A DNA stretch of 63,118 bases, filler included, from 6 parts of 6 records of this genome joined end to end with filler, not necessarily neighbours in it, one strand, 5' to 3'. Positions 10,190-19,810 are shown, counted from the first letter of the whole stretch. Notes: generated from the sequence alone by a model not told the origin. Made by a program: numbers and translations.

Positions 10190-11468
10190 GGTTAAATTAG
10201 ATGAATTAGGTTTTGTTGGAAGGGGTAGGTCTAGGCATAGACCTAGAAACGATGAATCTTTATTGGGTGGCAAATATCCTTTTATTCAGACAGGTGAAGT
10301 TAAATCAGCAAATCTTTATATCAGTGATTTCTCAAACACATATAACGAAAAGGGATTGGCTCAGAGCAAGTTGTGGAATGAGGGTACCTTGCTAATAACA
10401 ATTGCAGCAAATATCGCTGAAACAGCAATACTTAATATTAAAGCTTGTTTTCCTGATAGTATTGTAGCTTTTATAGCTTATAAAGGTGTCTCAGATGTAA
10501 AATATGTAAAGTATTATCTAGAATATATAAAAAGGGAATTACAAGCAATATCGAGAGGGACAACTCAAGATAATATGAGTCTTGATAAGCTTTTAACAAG
10601 ACCAATGTATGTTCATGATTTTAAGGATCAACTAAAAATTGCATCCATACTTTCAGCTTACGATGATTTAATCGAAAACAACAATCAGCGCATTAAGCTA
10701 CTAGAAGAAATGGCCGAGGAAATTTACAAAGAGTGGTTTGTTCGTTTGCGTTTCCCGGGTTATGAGAATACAAAAATTATGGATGGTGTGCCGGAAGGGT
10801 GGAAATTTGAACATCTAAAAAAACATATCAAGTATTTTCGTGGGAAGTCATATTCATCCGAAGAATTGCGAGAATGTAGCGAAGTAGCCATGCTAAATTT
10901 AAAAAACATAAACAGAGGTGGTGGTTTTAGAAGAGGTGGTTTAAAGTATTTTGAAGGAAAATATAGTAAGACTAATGAGGCTAAATTTGGAGATATAATA
11001 ATGGCTATAACGGATATGACCCAGGATAGAGAAATTGTAGGAAGATGTGCAAGAGTGCCGAAAATGAATAAAGAAAAATTCATTATATCTATGGATTTAA
11101 TCAGGATAGAACCTATAAATCTTCCTAAACTATATTTATATGCATTTATGCGTTATTCTGGTATAGGACTTTATCTGAAAGAATTTGCTAACGGTGTTAA
11201 TGTTCTGCACTTAACGCCAGAGCTAATTAAATATCAAAAAGCACTCATTCCTGAATTTGGCATGTGTAATAAATTCGAAAAAGTTATTACTCCTATGATG
11301 GATGAAATAGATGTTTTAGCAAACAAAAACCAGATTCTTGAACAAACCCGGGATTTATTATTGCCCCGATTAATTAGTGGAAAATTAAGCGTTGAAAAGT
11401 TAAATTTGGAGGAGAGTGGAGTTCTAATGGCAGCAGAACCTGAGGTTGCGTACAAAAAAACAACATAA
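10179..11468 (+). CDS. hsdS: Type I R-M specificity subunit
   Basis: Two variable regions separated by QLKIASILSAYDDLIENN...YKEWFVRLRFPG; C-terminal TRDLLLPRLISGKL; overlaps the hsdM stop. Confidence 0.95.
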   Translation: MLNKVKLDELGFVGRGRSRHRPRNDESLLGGKYPFIQTGEVKSANLYISDFSNTYNEKGLAQSKLWNEGTLLITIAANIAETAILNIKACFPDSIVAFIAYKGVSDVKYVKYYLEYIKRELQAISRGTTQDNMSLDKLLTRPMYVHDFKDQLKIASILSAYDDLIENNNQRIKLLEEMAEEIYKEWFVRLRFPGYENTKIMDGVPEGWKFEHLKKHIKYFRGKSYSSEELRECSEVAMLNLKNINRGGGFRRGGLKYFEGKYSKTNEAKFGDIIMAITDMTQDREIVGRCARVPKMNKEKFIISMDLIRIEPINLPKLYLYAFMRYSGIGLYLKEFANGVNVLHLTPELIKYQKALIPEFGMCNKFEKVITPMMDEIDVLANKNQILEQTRDLLLPRLISGKLSVEKLNLEESGVLMAAEPEVAYKKTT

Positions 11469-11478
11469 ACCATTGCGT

Positions 11479-14400
11479 ATGGCTTTCATAAACGAATCAC
11501 ACATAGAAGAGGCAGATATTCAGTTTTTTGAGCTGGTTTTGGGTTATCAGCATATCAATGCCTGGGAAAAGCAATTGGTGGGTCGTGATACTCTGAAAGA
11601 TGTGGTTTTGAAAGACCGGTTAAAACGCAATTTGGAAAAACTCAATGCACATTTGCCAGCAAGTTGCAATGATGAGGCTGTAAAACAGTTGTGTAAAAAC
11701 CGTGTCAGCTTAACACCTGTAATGGCCAACAAGGAAGTGTATGAGTTAATTAAGCAGGGAGTTTCGGTAACGTATAACAATCAGGAGGGACACGAAGAAA
11801 AGGATTACGTAAAGGTAATTGATATTGCTAATCCCGAAAACAATGAGTTTTTGGTTGTTTCGCAATTGAGCATTGAGTACCTAAAAACCGATGGCATTAC
11901 CCGCCGTCCTGATCTGTTGTTGTACGTAAATGGCTTGCCGCTGGTAATGATCGAGCTCAAAAATGCCAGTGAAAAGGTCAAAGTAGGTTACGATAAAAAC
12001 CTGCATGATTATAAAAGAGATATTCCTCAGTTATTTTGGTACAATTTATTTGTAGGAATTTCCAATGGTATACAAACCCGGGTAGGAAGTTTTAATGCTC
12101 CGTGGGAACATTTTTTCAATTGGTCAAAACTAAAAGACAATGCCGTGGCCAACGACCAAAAGGATCGGCTGGAGTTGGAAAGTATCAGCAGGTCAACTGG
12201 AAACCGCTTAAGCCTGCAAGTTTTCTGTGAGGGTTTGTGCTGCAAGACAAACCTACTTGATTATTTCGAAAACTTTGTACTCTACCATCGAAACAAGGTT
12301 AAAATTATAGCGAAGAACCACCAATATTTGGGTGTAAACAATGCCATTGAATCGTTTAAAAACAATGACAAGAAAGATGGCAAACTTGGAGTGTTTTGGC
12401 ATACACAAGGTTCCGGTAAGTCCTATTCAATGATTTTCTTTTCGCGAAAAATCCAGCGAAAAATTGAAGGCGACTATTCATTCCTTATTATCACAGATCG
12501 AGATGATTTGGATGGCCAAATTTACAAGAACTTCAAGGACACAGAAACCATTTTCGAGACAAGGCAACAACCTGAAAACTATTACCGTCCCAAAAGCAGG
12601 ACTAAGTTACGCGAGTATTTACAATCGAACCGCACATTTGTATTTTCATTAATCCACAAGTTCGGAATTGAAGCAGGTAGAACATATCCAAGAATAACCG
12701 ACCGTAACGATTGGATTGTGATTGTAGATGAGGCACACCGAACACAATATAAAGGATTGGCTGAAAATATGCGTATTGGACTTCCCAATGCCCAATACAT
12801 AGCTTTTACCGGCACACCATTGCTACGAGCAGGAATGACAGAAGAGTGGTTCGGGAAGTATATTTCAGAATACAACTTTGCACAAAGTATAGAAGATGGA
12901 GCAACTGTGCCTATTTTTTATAAAAAGAGCGTTCCAAAAGTTGATCAGGCGAATGACAACTTAGTTAAGGACGCTGCAGAGATACTTGAAAATGAAAACC
13001 TTTCCGAAGAACAAGTCGAAAAGCTCGATAAAGAGTATTCAACTTTAATGGAAGTTGTGAAAAGAGATGATCGTTTGGAGGAAATTGCGAAACATATTGT
13101 AAAGCACTTCCCTTATCGGTTAGATGCAGAAGACGATGAAGGTAACCCAAAGCCCATGAAGGCAATGGTTATCTCAATTGATAAATTTACGGCTGTTCGG
13201 ATGTATGAGAAAGTGCAGCGATATGTGAAAGAGGAGATTAAAGAGTTACGAAAAAAAATCAGGCTTGAAAGAAATCAGGAGCTAAAAACCCGACACGAAA
13301 GAGCATTGAAATTCCTCTTGGAAACAAAAATGGCAGCCGTCATAAGTCAGGAAGGAAGTGAGAAAGAGGAACAGGAGAAATTCCGAAAAGAAGGGCTGGA
13401 TATTACACCACACCGGAAGTTGATGGATTACCCGGATGAGGATGGTCGTGATATTGAAGACTATTTTAAAGACCCTAATAATACATATCGAATTGTGTTT
13501 GTAACCGCTATGTGGTTAACCGGATTTGATGCTCCAACAGTATCTACATTGTATCTGGACAAACCATTGCAGAACCATAATTTAATGCAAACCATTGCAA
13601 GAGCCAATCGAGTGTTTGAGGGCAAAAAGAATGGATTGGTCATTGACTATTTTGGTGTGTTCCGTAATTTAAAAAAGGCACTATCTGTATATGCAGAGGG
13701 AACCAAGGGTAAAAAGAAAAAAGGCGAAGAGGATGAATTTCCTGTAAAGGAATTTGAAGAGTTGTTGGAGCTATTAGAACAATCCATAGCTGAAGCCAAA
13801 GCCTATTTGCTGGAGTTAGATCTTGACATGGATAAAATTCTCAATCAGACTGAGAAGGGATTTAGAGAGATTGAACTTTTTAATGAATTTGCAAACAAGA
13901 TCTTGACCAATGATCAAAACAGAAAGCAACTTGATCTTTTTGTCAACACAATGGTAAGTTTATATGATTCAGCAAAACCGGAAATTTATGAATTCCCTGT
14001 TATAAAAAGAGAACGCGATGCCTTTGAATACTTACGAAAAATTGTTGCCCGTCAGTTAGACCAGGATGAAGCAGTCGAAAGAGCAAAAGAACAGGTGAAC
14101 GAATTACTAGATAGTAGCGTATTAAGCCGAGGTGATCTTGTAGAAGAAGCTAAAAGAGAAAAATATATAATTAAGGAAGCAACTCAGCTCGATTTAAGCA
14201 AACTCGATTTTGAAAAACTTAGGGCTGAATTCCCGGAAAAGAAACACAAAAACATTGAATTTGCTGATCTGAGGGAATTTATGCAAATTAAATTAACCCA
14301 AATGTTAGCACAAAATCGTACCCGTGGTTCTTTCCTCGAGCGTTTTCAGGATATAATTGACAGATACAATTCAGAAAGCTTATCAGTTGAAGATGCTTAT

Positions 14401-14769
14401 AATGAGTTAATCAAGCAAGCCCGGAGTATGAAGGATGAAGAAGAGCGTGCTGCTAAAAACGGCATGACAGAAGAAGAACTTGAATTGTTTGATTTATTAA
14501 AAAAGATAAAATTAACCAATAAAGAAGAGCAGGCCGTAAAATTGGCTGCTCATCAGTTATTGGAAATAATTAAAGACGCACAAAGTCAAATTTTCATCCC
14601 CGAATGGCATCGTGACAGAGCGGCACAGGAGCGTGTAAAAGGTGAAATTCAGAAAATATTGAATGAAAATCTACCTCAATCATATGACAGAGAAATTTTC
14701 TCAAAAAAAACCAACATTATCTATCAACATGTGTATGAGATGGCATTAAGTGGAAAATTTGCCAGTTAA
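11479..14769 (+). CDS. hsdR: Type I R-M restriction subunit
   Basis: RRPDLLLYVNGLPLVMIELK nuclease motif, WHTQGSGKS Walker A, DEAHR, FTGTP, MWLTGFDAP, QTIARANR. Confidence 0.96.
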   Translation: MAFINESHIEEADIQFFELVLGYQHINAWEKQLVGRDTLKDVVLKDRLKRNLEKLNAHLPASCNDEAVKQLCKNRVSLTPVMANKEVYELIKQGVSVTYNNQEGHEEKDYVKVIDIANPENNEFLVVSQLSIEYLKTDGITRRPDLLLYVNGLPLVMIELKNASEKVKVGYDKNLHDYKRDIPQLFWYNLFVGISNGIQTRVGSFNAPWEHFFNWSKLKDNAVANDQKDRLELESISRSTGNRLSLQVFCEGLCCKTNLLDYFENFVLYHRNKVKIIAKNHQYLGVNNAIESFKNNDKKDGKLGVFWHTQGSGKSYSMIFFSRKIQRKIEGDYSFLIITDRDDLDGQIYKNFKDTETIFETRQQPENYYRPKSRTKLREYLQSNRTFVFSLIHKFGIEAGRTYPRITDRNDWIVIVDEAHRTQYKGLAENMRIGLPNAQYIAFTGTPLLRAGMTEEWFGKYISEYNFAQSIEDGATVPIFYKKSVPKVDQANDNLVKDAAEILENENLSEEQVEKLDKEYSTLMEVVKRDDRLEEIAKHIVKHFPYRLDAEDDEGNPKPMKAMVISIDKFTAVRMYEKVQRYVKEEIKELRKKIRLERNQELKTRHERALKFLLETKMAAVISQEGSEKEEQEKFRKEGLDITPHRKLMDYPDEDGRDIEDYFKDPNNTYRIVFVTAMWLTGFDAPTVSTLYLDKPLQNHNLMQTIARANRVFEGKKNGLVIDYFGVFRNLKKALSVYAEGTKGKKKKGEEDEFPVKEFEELLELLEQSIAEAKAYLLELDLDMDKILNQTEKGFREIELFNEFANKILTNDQNRKQLDLFVNTMVSLYDSAKPEIYEFPVIKRERDAFEYLRKIVARQLDQDEAVERAKEQVNELLDSSVLSRGDLVEEAKREKYIIKEATQLDLSKLDFEKLRAEFPEKKHKNIEFADLREFMQIKLTQMLAQNRTRGSFLERFQDIIDRYNSESLSVEDAYNELIKQARSMKDEEERAAKNGMTEEELELFDLLKKIKLTNKEEQAVKLAAHQLLEIIKDAQSQIFIPEWHRDRAAQERVKGEIQKILNENLPQSYDREIFSKKTNIIYQHVYEMALSGKFAS

Positions 14770-14909
14770 TTATTAACAAGTTAAGGTATTCATTAAAATT
14801 CTAATGCGCAAAATTGTAAATCCATGGAGTTAAAAGGATTTCTATACTTAAAAAAGCAAAACTGTTTTTATTTTCCAATAAAATAACTTAATTTGCAATT
14901 AACTTATAA

Positions 14910-15407
14910 GTGAAGTCAAGATTAGAAATAGAATTATTTGAAGAACACAGGCTTGTTAATTTCTATACAATTCGCTTTGAAGGCGAAGAAACAGAAATTG
15001 ATAAGTTTTTCAATACATTTCCAGAAGGTTGTGAGTATGATGAGGATATTGATATAATAATCAGCTGGATCGATAAGATTGGAAAGAGAGGTGCATTAGC
15101 AAGGTACTTCAGGCCAGAAGGAAAACAAAGAGATGATGTTTGGGCGATACCCATTGAAACTTCTAAATTAAGATTGTATTTAATCAGGTTATCAGAAAAT
15201 ATAATCATACTTGGTAACGGAGGAGTTAAAATAACCAGAACTTATAACGAAGATAAAGAGCTTAATAGTTATGTAAAACTTTTACAATCTGTAAACCGTT
15301 TTATCAATAGCCGAATAAAAGACGGGAAGGTTCAGGTGTTTCAAAAGCAGTTGTTTGGAAGGTTGAACTTTTATTTAAAAAAAGGAGATGAACCGAGCCA
15401 TGACTAA
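14910..15407 (+). CDS. Putative RelE/HigB (Gp49-like) ribonuclease toxin
   Basis: VWAIPI..SKLRLYLIRLSENIIILGNGGVK resembles the RelE/Gp49 core; toxin-first order ahead of an XRE HTH gene. Confidence 0.6.
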   Translation: MKSRLEIELFEEHRLVNFYTIRFEGEETEIDKFFNTFPEGCEYDEDIDIIISWIDKIGKRGALARYFRPEGKQRDDVWAIPIETSKLRLYLIRLSENIIILGNGGVKITRTYNEDKELNSYVKLLQSVNRFINSRIKDGKVQVFQKQLFGRLNFYLKKGDEPSHD

Positions 15408-15522
15408 AAATAAGACACATATGAATATGATTATAACAAGCTCACAGACAGCATTTAGCGCACATTGGACAAATGAAGGCGAGCTGCATCTGATAAATAA
15501 AATCAAAATTATAAACAGATGA
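15400..15522 (+). CDS. Candidate 40-aa microprotein between the toxin and antitoxin genes
   Basis: MTKNKTHMNMIITSSQTAFSAHWTNEGELHLINKIKIINR*; start overlaps the toxin stop region and its TGA overlaps the next ATG (ATGA). Confidence 0.35.
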   Translation: MTKNKTHMNMIITSSQTAFSAHWTNEGELHLINKIKIINR

Positions 15523-15920
15523 ATAAAAATAGCAGATTAGAAGCCAGAAGAAAAAACATACCACAAGAAATCAGTGATTTTGTAGATCACTCTTTTGCAA
15601 TAGTTGATCGTATTTACGAAATTCTGGAAGCAAAAGGAATGGAGCAAAAAGATTTAGCTACAGCTCTGGGTAAAAAGGAGAGTGAAATTAGCAAATGGCT
15701 TACGGGCACACATAATTTTACCCTAAAAACCATAGCTAAAATTGAGTCGGTTTTGGGAGAAAGTATAATTCAAACAGCTAAAAAGACTCAGAGATCTAAA
15801 TCAAATGCTTTAATTATAAACAATGACACATACAATATGCCTGATATAGGTAATTCTGTTCAGATATTGTGTGAAACAGAGGTAACTTATTTATCAACAA
15901 ACATGGAAGGAAATTGCTAG
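15519..15920 (+). CDS. XRE/HigA-type HTH antitoxin with a roughly 45-aa C-terminal extension
   Basis: GMEQKDLATALGKKESEISKWLTGTHNFTLKTIAKIESVLG is a cro/C1-type HTH; the tail after it is not part of the HTH. Confidence 0.8.
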   Translation: MNKNSRLEARRKNIPQEISDFVDHSFAIVDRIYEILEAKGMEQKDLATALGKKESEISKWLTGTHNFTLKTIAKIESVLGESIIQTAKKTQRSKSNALIINNDTYNMPDIGNSVQILCETEVTYLSTNMEGNC

Positions 15921-15923
15921 TTT

Positions 15924-16376
15924 ATGGCAGAAAATATTCAAATACAATTAAAGTTAATTGACATTAAAGAAACCTCATTTCGATTAAAACCAGCTCCACA
16001 GGATGTTGGCGAAATAGTATTGGGCGAAAATCTCAACATAGGGTTCAATTTCAATTTAAAGATTTATCAGGATAAGGAACTTTTATTGCTTTATAGTAAG
16101 GTGTTTTATTCGATTGTAGGTTATAAAAACCCTTTTGTGGAAATAGAAAATGAAATGCAATTTTTAATTCATCCAATTTCAAAAGTCATTCAAAAACGGA
16201 AAGATGGTGAATTAGGAATTACTGACCATTTAATGATTACTGTACTGGGAACAACAATTGGTACGATTCGCGGATTCATTGCAGCTAATACAAAAGGTAC
16301 AGAATGGGCTAAATATCCTTTGCCATTACTGAATCCAGAACATATTTTGAAGCACTTTATGAAGCAAGATAAATAA
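15924..16376 (+). CDS. SecB-like chaperone (putative)
   Basis: 150 aa; N-terminal IQLKLIDIKETSF, alternating beta-strand pattern, and C-terminal GTIRGFIAANTKG...YPLPLLNP parallel the SecB pattern (IQRIYxKDxSF ... R..I...T....P.L.PIN). Confidence 0.6.
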   Translation: MAENIQIQLKLIDIKETSFRLKPAPQDVGEIVLGENLNIGFNFNLKIYQDKELLLLYSKVFYSIVGYKNPFVEIENEMQFLIHPISKVIQKRKDGELGITDHLMITVLGTTIGTIRGFIAANTKGTEWAKYPLPLLNPEHILKHFMKQDK

Positions 16377-16490
16377 TCTTCGTTTTTCTAATATTGCTTT
16401 CTTTCCGACTTCCCATAACATCAAAATATTTAGTGCAGTTTTGATTTCAGTTAATTAAATTAAGTCGATAAAATCAGTAGATTTTGCAAT

Positions 16491-16531
16491 AAAAAAGCAA
16501 ATGGCCAAGCACCTCAGTACTCAGCCATTTG
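16491..16531 (-). terminator. Rho-independent terminator-like hairpin on the minus strand
   Basis: Minus strand CAAATGGCTGAGTAC-tgag-GTGCTTGGCCATTTG followed by cTTTTTT; 15-bp stem including G-U pairs. Confidence 0.6.
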
Positions 16532-16636
16532 GGAGGTCTGGGACGCGTCCCTAACCAATTCAAAATTAAACAAATATTGAAATATTTCAAAAAATTAAAC
16601 ATAATTGGTTTTGGAAACCTGTTATGTTTTTGTTCT

Positions 16637-16886
16637 TTACCTCCACCTCCCCAACGACTCCCTAAACCTCACCGCCATTTCATCCTGTTGGTTAGCTAAT
16701 GCTGTAATGATATCATCAAAAGAGATGACGTTGCATAGACTTTCCGGATTGCGAGGTTGGATGTAAATAATTTCGGGGGTGGTGTTTGTGGGATTTATTT
16801 CAAAAGACTTTGCTGTTTGGGTAATCCAGCCCATTTGTTCTATTTTGGTGAGGAGATATTTGTATTTCACCTTTTGGTTGGTGGCT
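16637..16886 (-). CDS. Hypothetical protein, C-terminal fragment (5' end lost at the contig edge)
   Basis: Frame stays open to the spacer; no recognisable motif. Confidence 0.5.
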
Positions 16887-16986
16887 NNNNNNNNNNNNNN
16901 NNNNNNNNNNNNNNNNNNNNNNNNNNNNNNTTAATTAATTAANNNNNNNNNNNNNNNNNNNNNNNNNNNNNNNNNNNNNNNNNNNN
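16887..16986. other. Artificial contig spacer
   Basis: N44-TTAATTAATTAA-N44. Confidence 0.98.
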
Positions 16987-17350
16987 CTCGCCCTCGTCAC
17001 AAAACTTCATGAATAATCCGGGCTAGGGAAATACGAAGGCAACTAATAATCGGGGATTCGTCCCCGAGATCAATTTTTTCTACCTGTAAAAGAAGCGTCC
17101 AATGAAGGCGCCTATTATGCCGGAGTAAACCTGTTTAGGTTTTTCGCTCCACAAAAGACAAATTTAACTAAAGTTAATTATAATTTCATTTGATTAAATC
17201 TGCTTGACAGAAATAATATTTATTGATAATTTCAGCTCAAATGAAATTACCCCCTGCATCCTGATAAATCTTCACATGCGACGTGCCCCACATGTTTTTA
17301 AAATCAATAACAAGGGGTAACTCCCTATATACATAAAGGACAAGCAAACC

Positions 17351-18124
17351 ATGAACACCCAAATCGCCCATATATCCAAGCAGTTCCGGGAAGTCGAGAT
17401 CCGTGACGATATCAAACTCAAGCGCGAGGAGTTCATGCTGGAGCGGGCCCGATCGATCGTCAAGGCGGAAGGCCTGAACGCCCTTACCCTTCCCCGCCTG
17501 GCCCAGGTCAGCGAGTATTCCAAACCCACTGTCTACAAATACTTCCCGACCAGGGAGGACCTGATTGTAGCCCTGGCGGTTCAATCCGCAGCCGTGCGCG
17601 CATCATATTACGAAAGAGCACTCACATTTAACGGAAGGCCTCGTGAAAAGCTTATGGCCATCCATTCCCTGAATACAGGCGTCCTGGCCGACTACTTCAG
17701 TGACATGCTCAACGTCCATCTCAACCGCCTCAGCAGTCGGGCGTCGGACGAGCGCCGGAAGCAGCTTCTCAAGCACGAGGACAGGATCGCTGAAATCCAT
17801 GCCGAGATCGCCCGGGAAGCGCTGGATAACGACGACCTGATACTTCCTGAAGGCACGGATAAATACCAGATCCTGATGGCCCTGACCGCGACAACATTTG
17901 GCTTCCATGTAATGCAGGAATCGGATTCTCCGGTGGTGAAGAGGTGGTTCAAGGGGGCCGGGTTCTCGGAGAACAACTTTTTCCATGTTGTTCTTGACGG
18001 CCTGGGCTGGCGTCCCTTGTCAAGCGAATGGGATTATTCCTTAAGCCTGGAGCGGTTGCAAGATGAGGTTTTCCCCGAGTTTCGGGATATCACATTTGGG
18101 ATTGCCCCGGCCCAGGGCTCGTGA
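17351..18124 (+). CDS. TetR/AcrR-family transcriptional regulator
   Basis: ARSIVKAEGLNALTLPRLAQVSEYSKPTVYKYFPTREDL N-terminal HTH. Confidence 0.9.
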   Translation: MNTQIAHISKQFREVEIRDDIKLKREEFMLERARSIVKAEGLNALTLPRLAQVSEYSKPTVYKYFPTREDLIVALAVQSAAVRASYYERALTFNGRPREKLMAIHSLNTGVLADYFSDMLNVHLNRLSSRASDERRKQLLKHEDRIAEIHAEIAREALDNDDLILPEGTDKYQILMALTATTFGFHVMQESDSPVVKRWFKGAGFSENNFFHVVLDGLGWRPLSSEWDYSLSLERLQDEVFPEFRDITFGIAPAQGS

Positions 18125-18286
18125 CAAGGCAAAAGACGCCTTTGCCCCGCCGGACATGCCCCAGGATTCTATCATGGAGCTGTTGCACCTGTCCCGGGAC
18201 AAGATGTGCACCAGTCCGGATGATTCCGGAGCCGCCGCCGATGATGCGGACGCTGCTGAAGATATTATAATAAAAAGGAGAATCAA

Positions 18287-19393
18287 ATGACCCAACAGGC
18301 TTATGTTCAAATCGCTGAAAACGTGGACAAGAATTTTCAAACCGCCCCTAAGGCCGGTGATGAGCTTTCACAGTCCTTCATCGCCTATTTAACAATCGTA
18401 TACACCCCTGAAGAAGCCGAGTTGGTTCAGCATCTGTTTATGCCCCCGGTTTATAAAACTACGGAGGAATTAGCGGGTGCAACGGGAAAAAGCGTTGATG
18501 AAGTGCAAAACATCCTTGAGCCATTGACGGCAAAAGGCTTTATCCTCGTCTCCAGAGGCCGGCACTGCATCCCGCCCATTCCACAACTGCTTAATTTACA
18601 TATGTTTTACCCGGATATCAATCCGGAGGACCAGGAGGCAGCCAGACTCTATCAGCAGTTTTTTATCAAGGAGAAATTCTACAAGTACTACGCCACCTCG
18701 GAAAAAGGCACACCCATGCTTCGGGCCATTCCCATAGAAAAGACCATTCATTCCGAGGAAAAAACCTTTTCCGCTGAAGAAGCCCACCAATTCATCCAGG
18801 ATCTTCAGACCGAGGATTTACAATTGGTTCCTTGTCCCTGCCGCACGCGTACGGAAAAGCTGGACATCCGTGAATGCCGGGACAAGTTCCCCATTGGAAA
18901 CTGCATATTTATCGGAGGCACGGCCAGGCATTTTGAAAAAGTGGGGTTGGGGAGTCGGGTGACCAAGGAACAGGCTATTCAATATTTGGACGACATGGTG
19001 GAACGCGGCCTGATTCCCACTACTCAGAATCATATGGCCGGACGATTCGGCGTGATGTGCCTGTGCTGCGGCTGTTGCTGTTCCAACGTTCGCGGCCGGA
19101 CGATTTGGGACAACCCCACGGCGGTGCTGCCTTCCCCCTTTATCCCGATAGCCGATGATGAATGTGTTCAGTGCGAAACGTGCATTGACCGCTGTTTACT
19201 TGGGGCGCTTAGCCTGGATGACAAAGCGGAAAGAGTTGTGGTGGATGTGGAAAAATGCATCGGCTGCGGCGTCTGCACAATCACCTGCCCCACCGAAGCC
19301 CTGAAACTCCACCGTATTGAGCGGACGGAAAAACCCTTTGATACCGATATGGATATGTTGATGACAATGGCCCAGGACAACAACCGGCTCTAG
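18287..19393 (+). CDS. Cys-rich 4Fe-4S binding protein
   Basis: CPCR, CLCCGCCC and two CxxCxxCxxxC ferredoxin motifs; N-terminal HTH-like segment. Confidence 0.85.
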   Translation: MTQQAYVQIAENVDKNFQTAPKAGDELSQSFIAYLTIVYTPEEAELVQHLFMPPVYKTTEELAGATGKSVDEVQNILEPLTAKGFILVSRGRHCIPPIPQLLNLHMFYPDINPEDQEAARLYQQFFIKEKFYKYYATSEKGTPMLRAIPIEKTIHSEEKTFSAEEAHQFIQDLQTEDLQLVPCPCRTRTEKLDIRECRDKFPIGNCIFIGGTARHFEKVGLGSRVTKEQAIQYLDDMVERGLIPTTQNHMAGRFGVMCLCCGCCCSNVRGRTIWDNPTAVLPSPFIPIADDECVQCETCIDRCLLGALSLDDKAERVVVDVEKCIGCGVCTITCPTEALKLHRIERTEKPFDTDMDMLMTMAQDNNRL

Positions 19394-19432
19394 AGAGGCG
19401 GCAAGGAAAAGGCCCGATATAATAGGAGCGCT

Positions 19433-19810
19433 ATGAAAACGTTCACCAATCCTGCCAAAGAACGGTTCAAGCAGGCGGTCTCCCTGGATTACCAGGGTCC
19501 CATCCACTACATCAACATGCTGAAATACAAGCCTGACGCCGGTGCGGAATCCTATCAAAAGTACTTGGAAGAAGGGGCCGAGGTGTTTGAGCGGGTGGGG
19601 GCCAGGATCGTATATCGGGCCTCCATCTCCTTCCCGGTGATCGGCGAAGAGGAATGGGATGAGATTATTATTGCCGAGTACCCCGGGATTTCAGCCTGGC
19701 TTGAGATGATAAACGACAAGGAGTATCAGAAGGCCTCGGTGCACCGCACCGAAGCATTGCTGGACTCCCGGCTCTACCTGGTTAAAGCGGACGATACTGA
19801 AAACCGGTGA
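19433..19810 (+). CDS. DUF1330-like protein
   Basis: INMLKYK, WDEIIIAEYP, YQKASVHRTEALLDSRL pattern. Confidence 0.75.
   Translation: MKTFTNPAKERFKQAVSLDYQGPIHYINMLKYKPDAGAESYQKYLEEGAEVFERVGARIVYRASISFPVIGEEEWDEIIIAEYPGISAWLEMINDKEYQKASVHRTEALLDSRLYLVKADDTENR

Noticed and set aside
17251-17320. TTACCCC...GGGGTAA long-range pairing in the tetR leader as a riboswitch
   Set aside because: Only a 7-bp match and no recognisable aptamer consensus
18063-18290. 75-aa ORF between tetR and the Fe-S gene
   Set aside because: Overlaps the tetR end, has no motif, and is plausible by chance in GC-rich DNA
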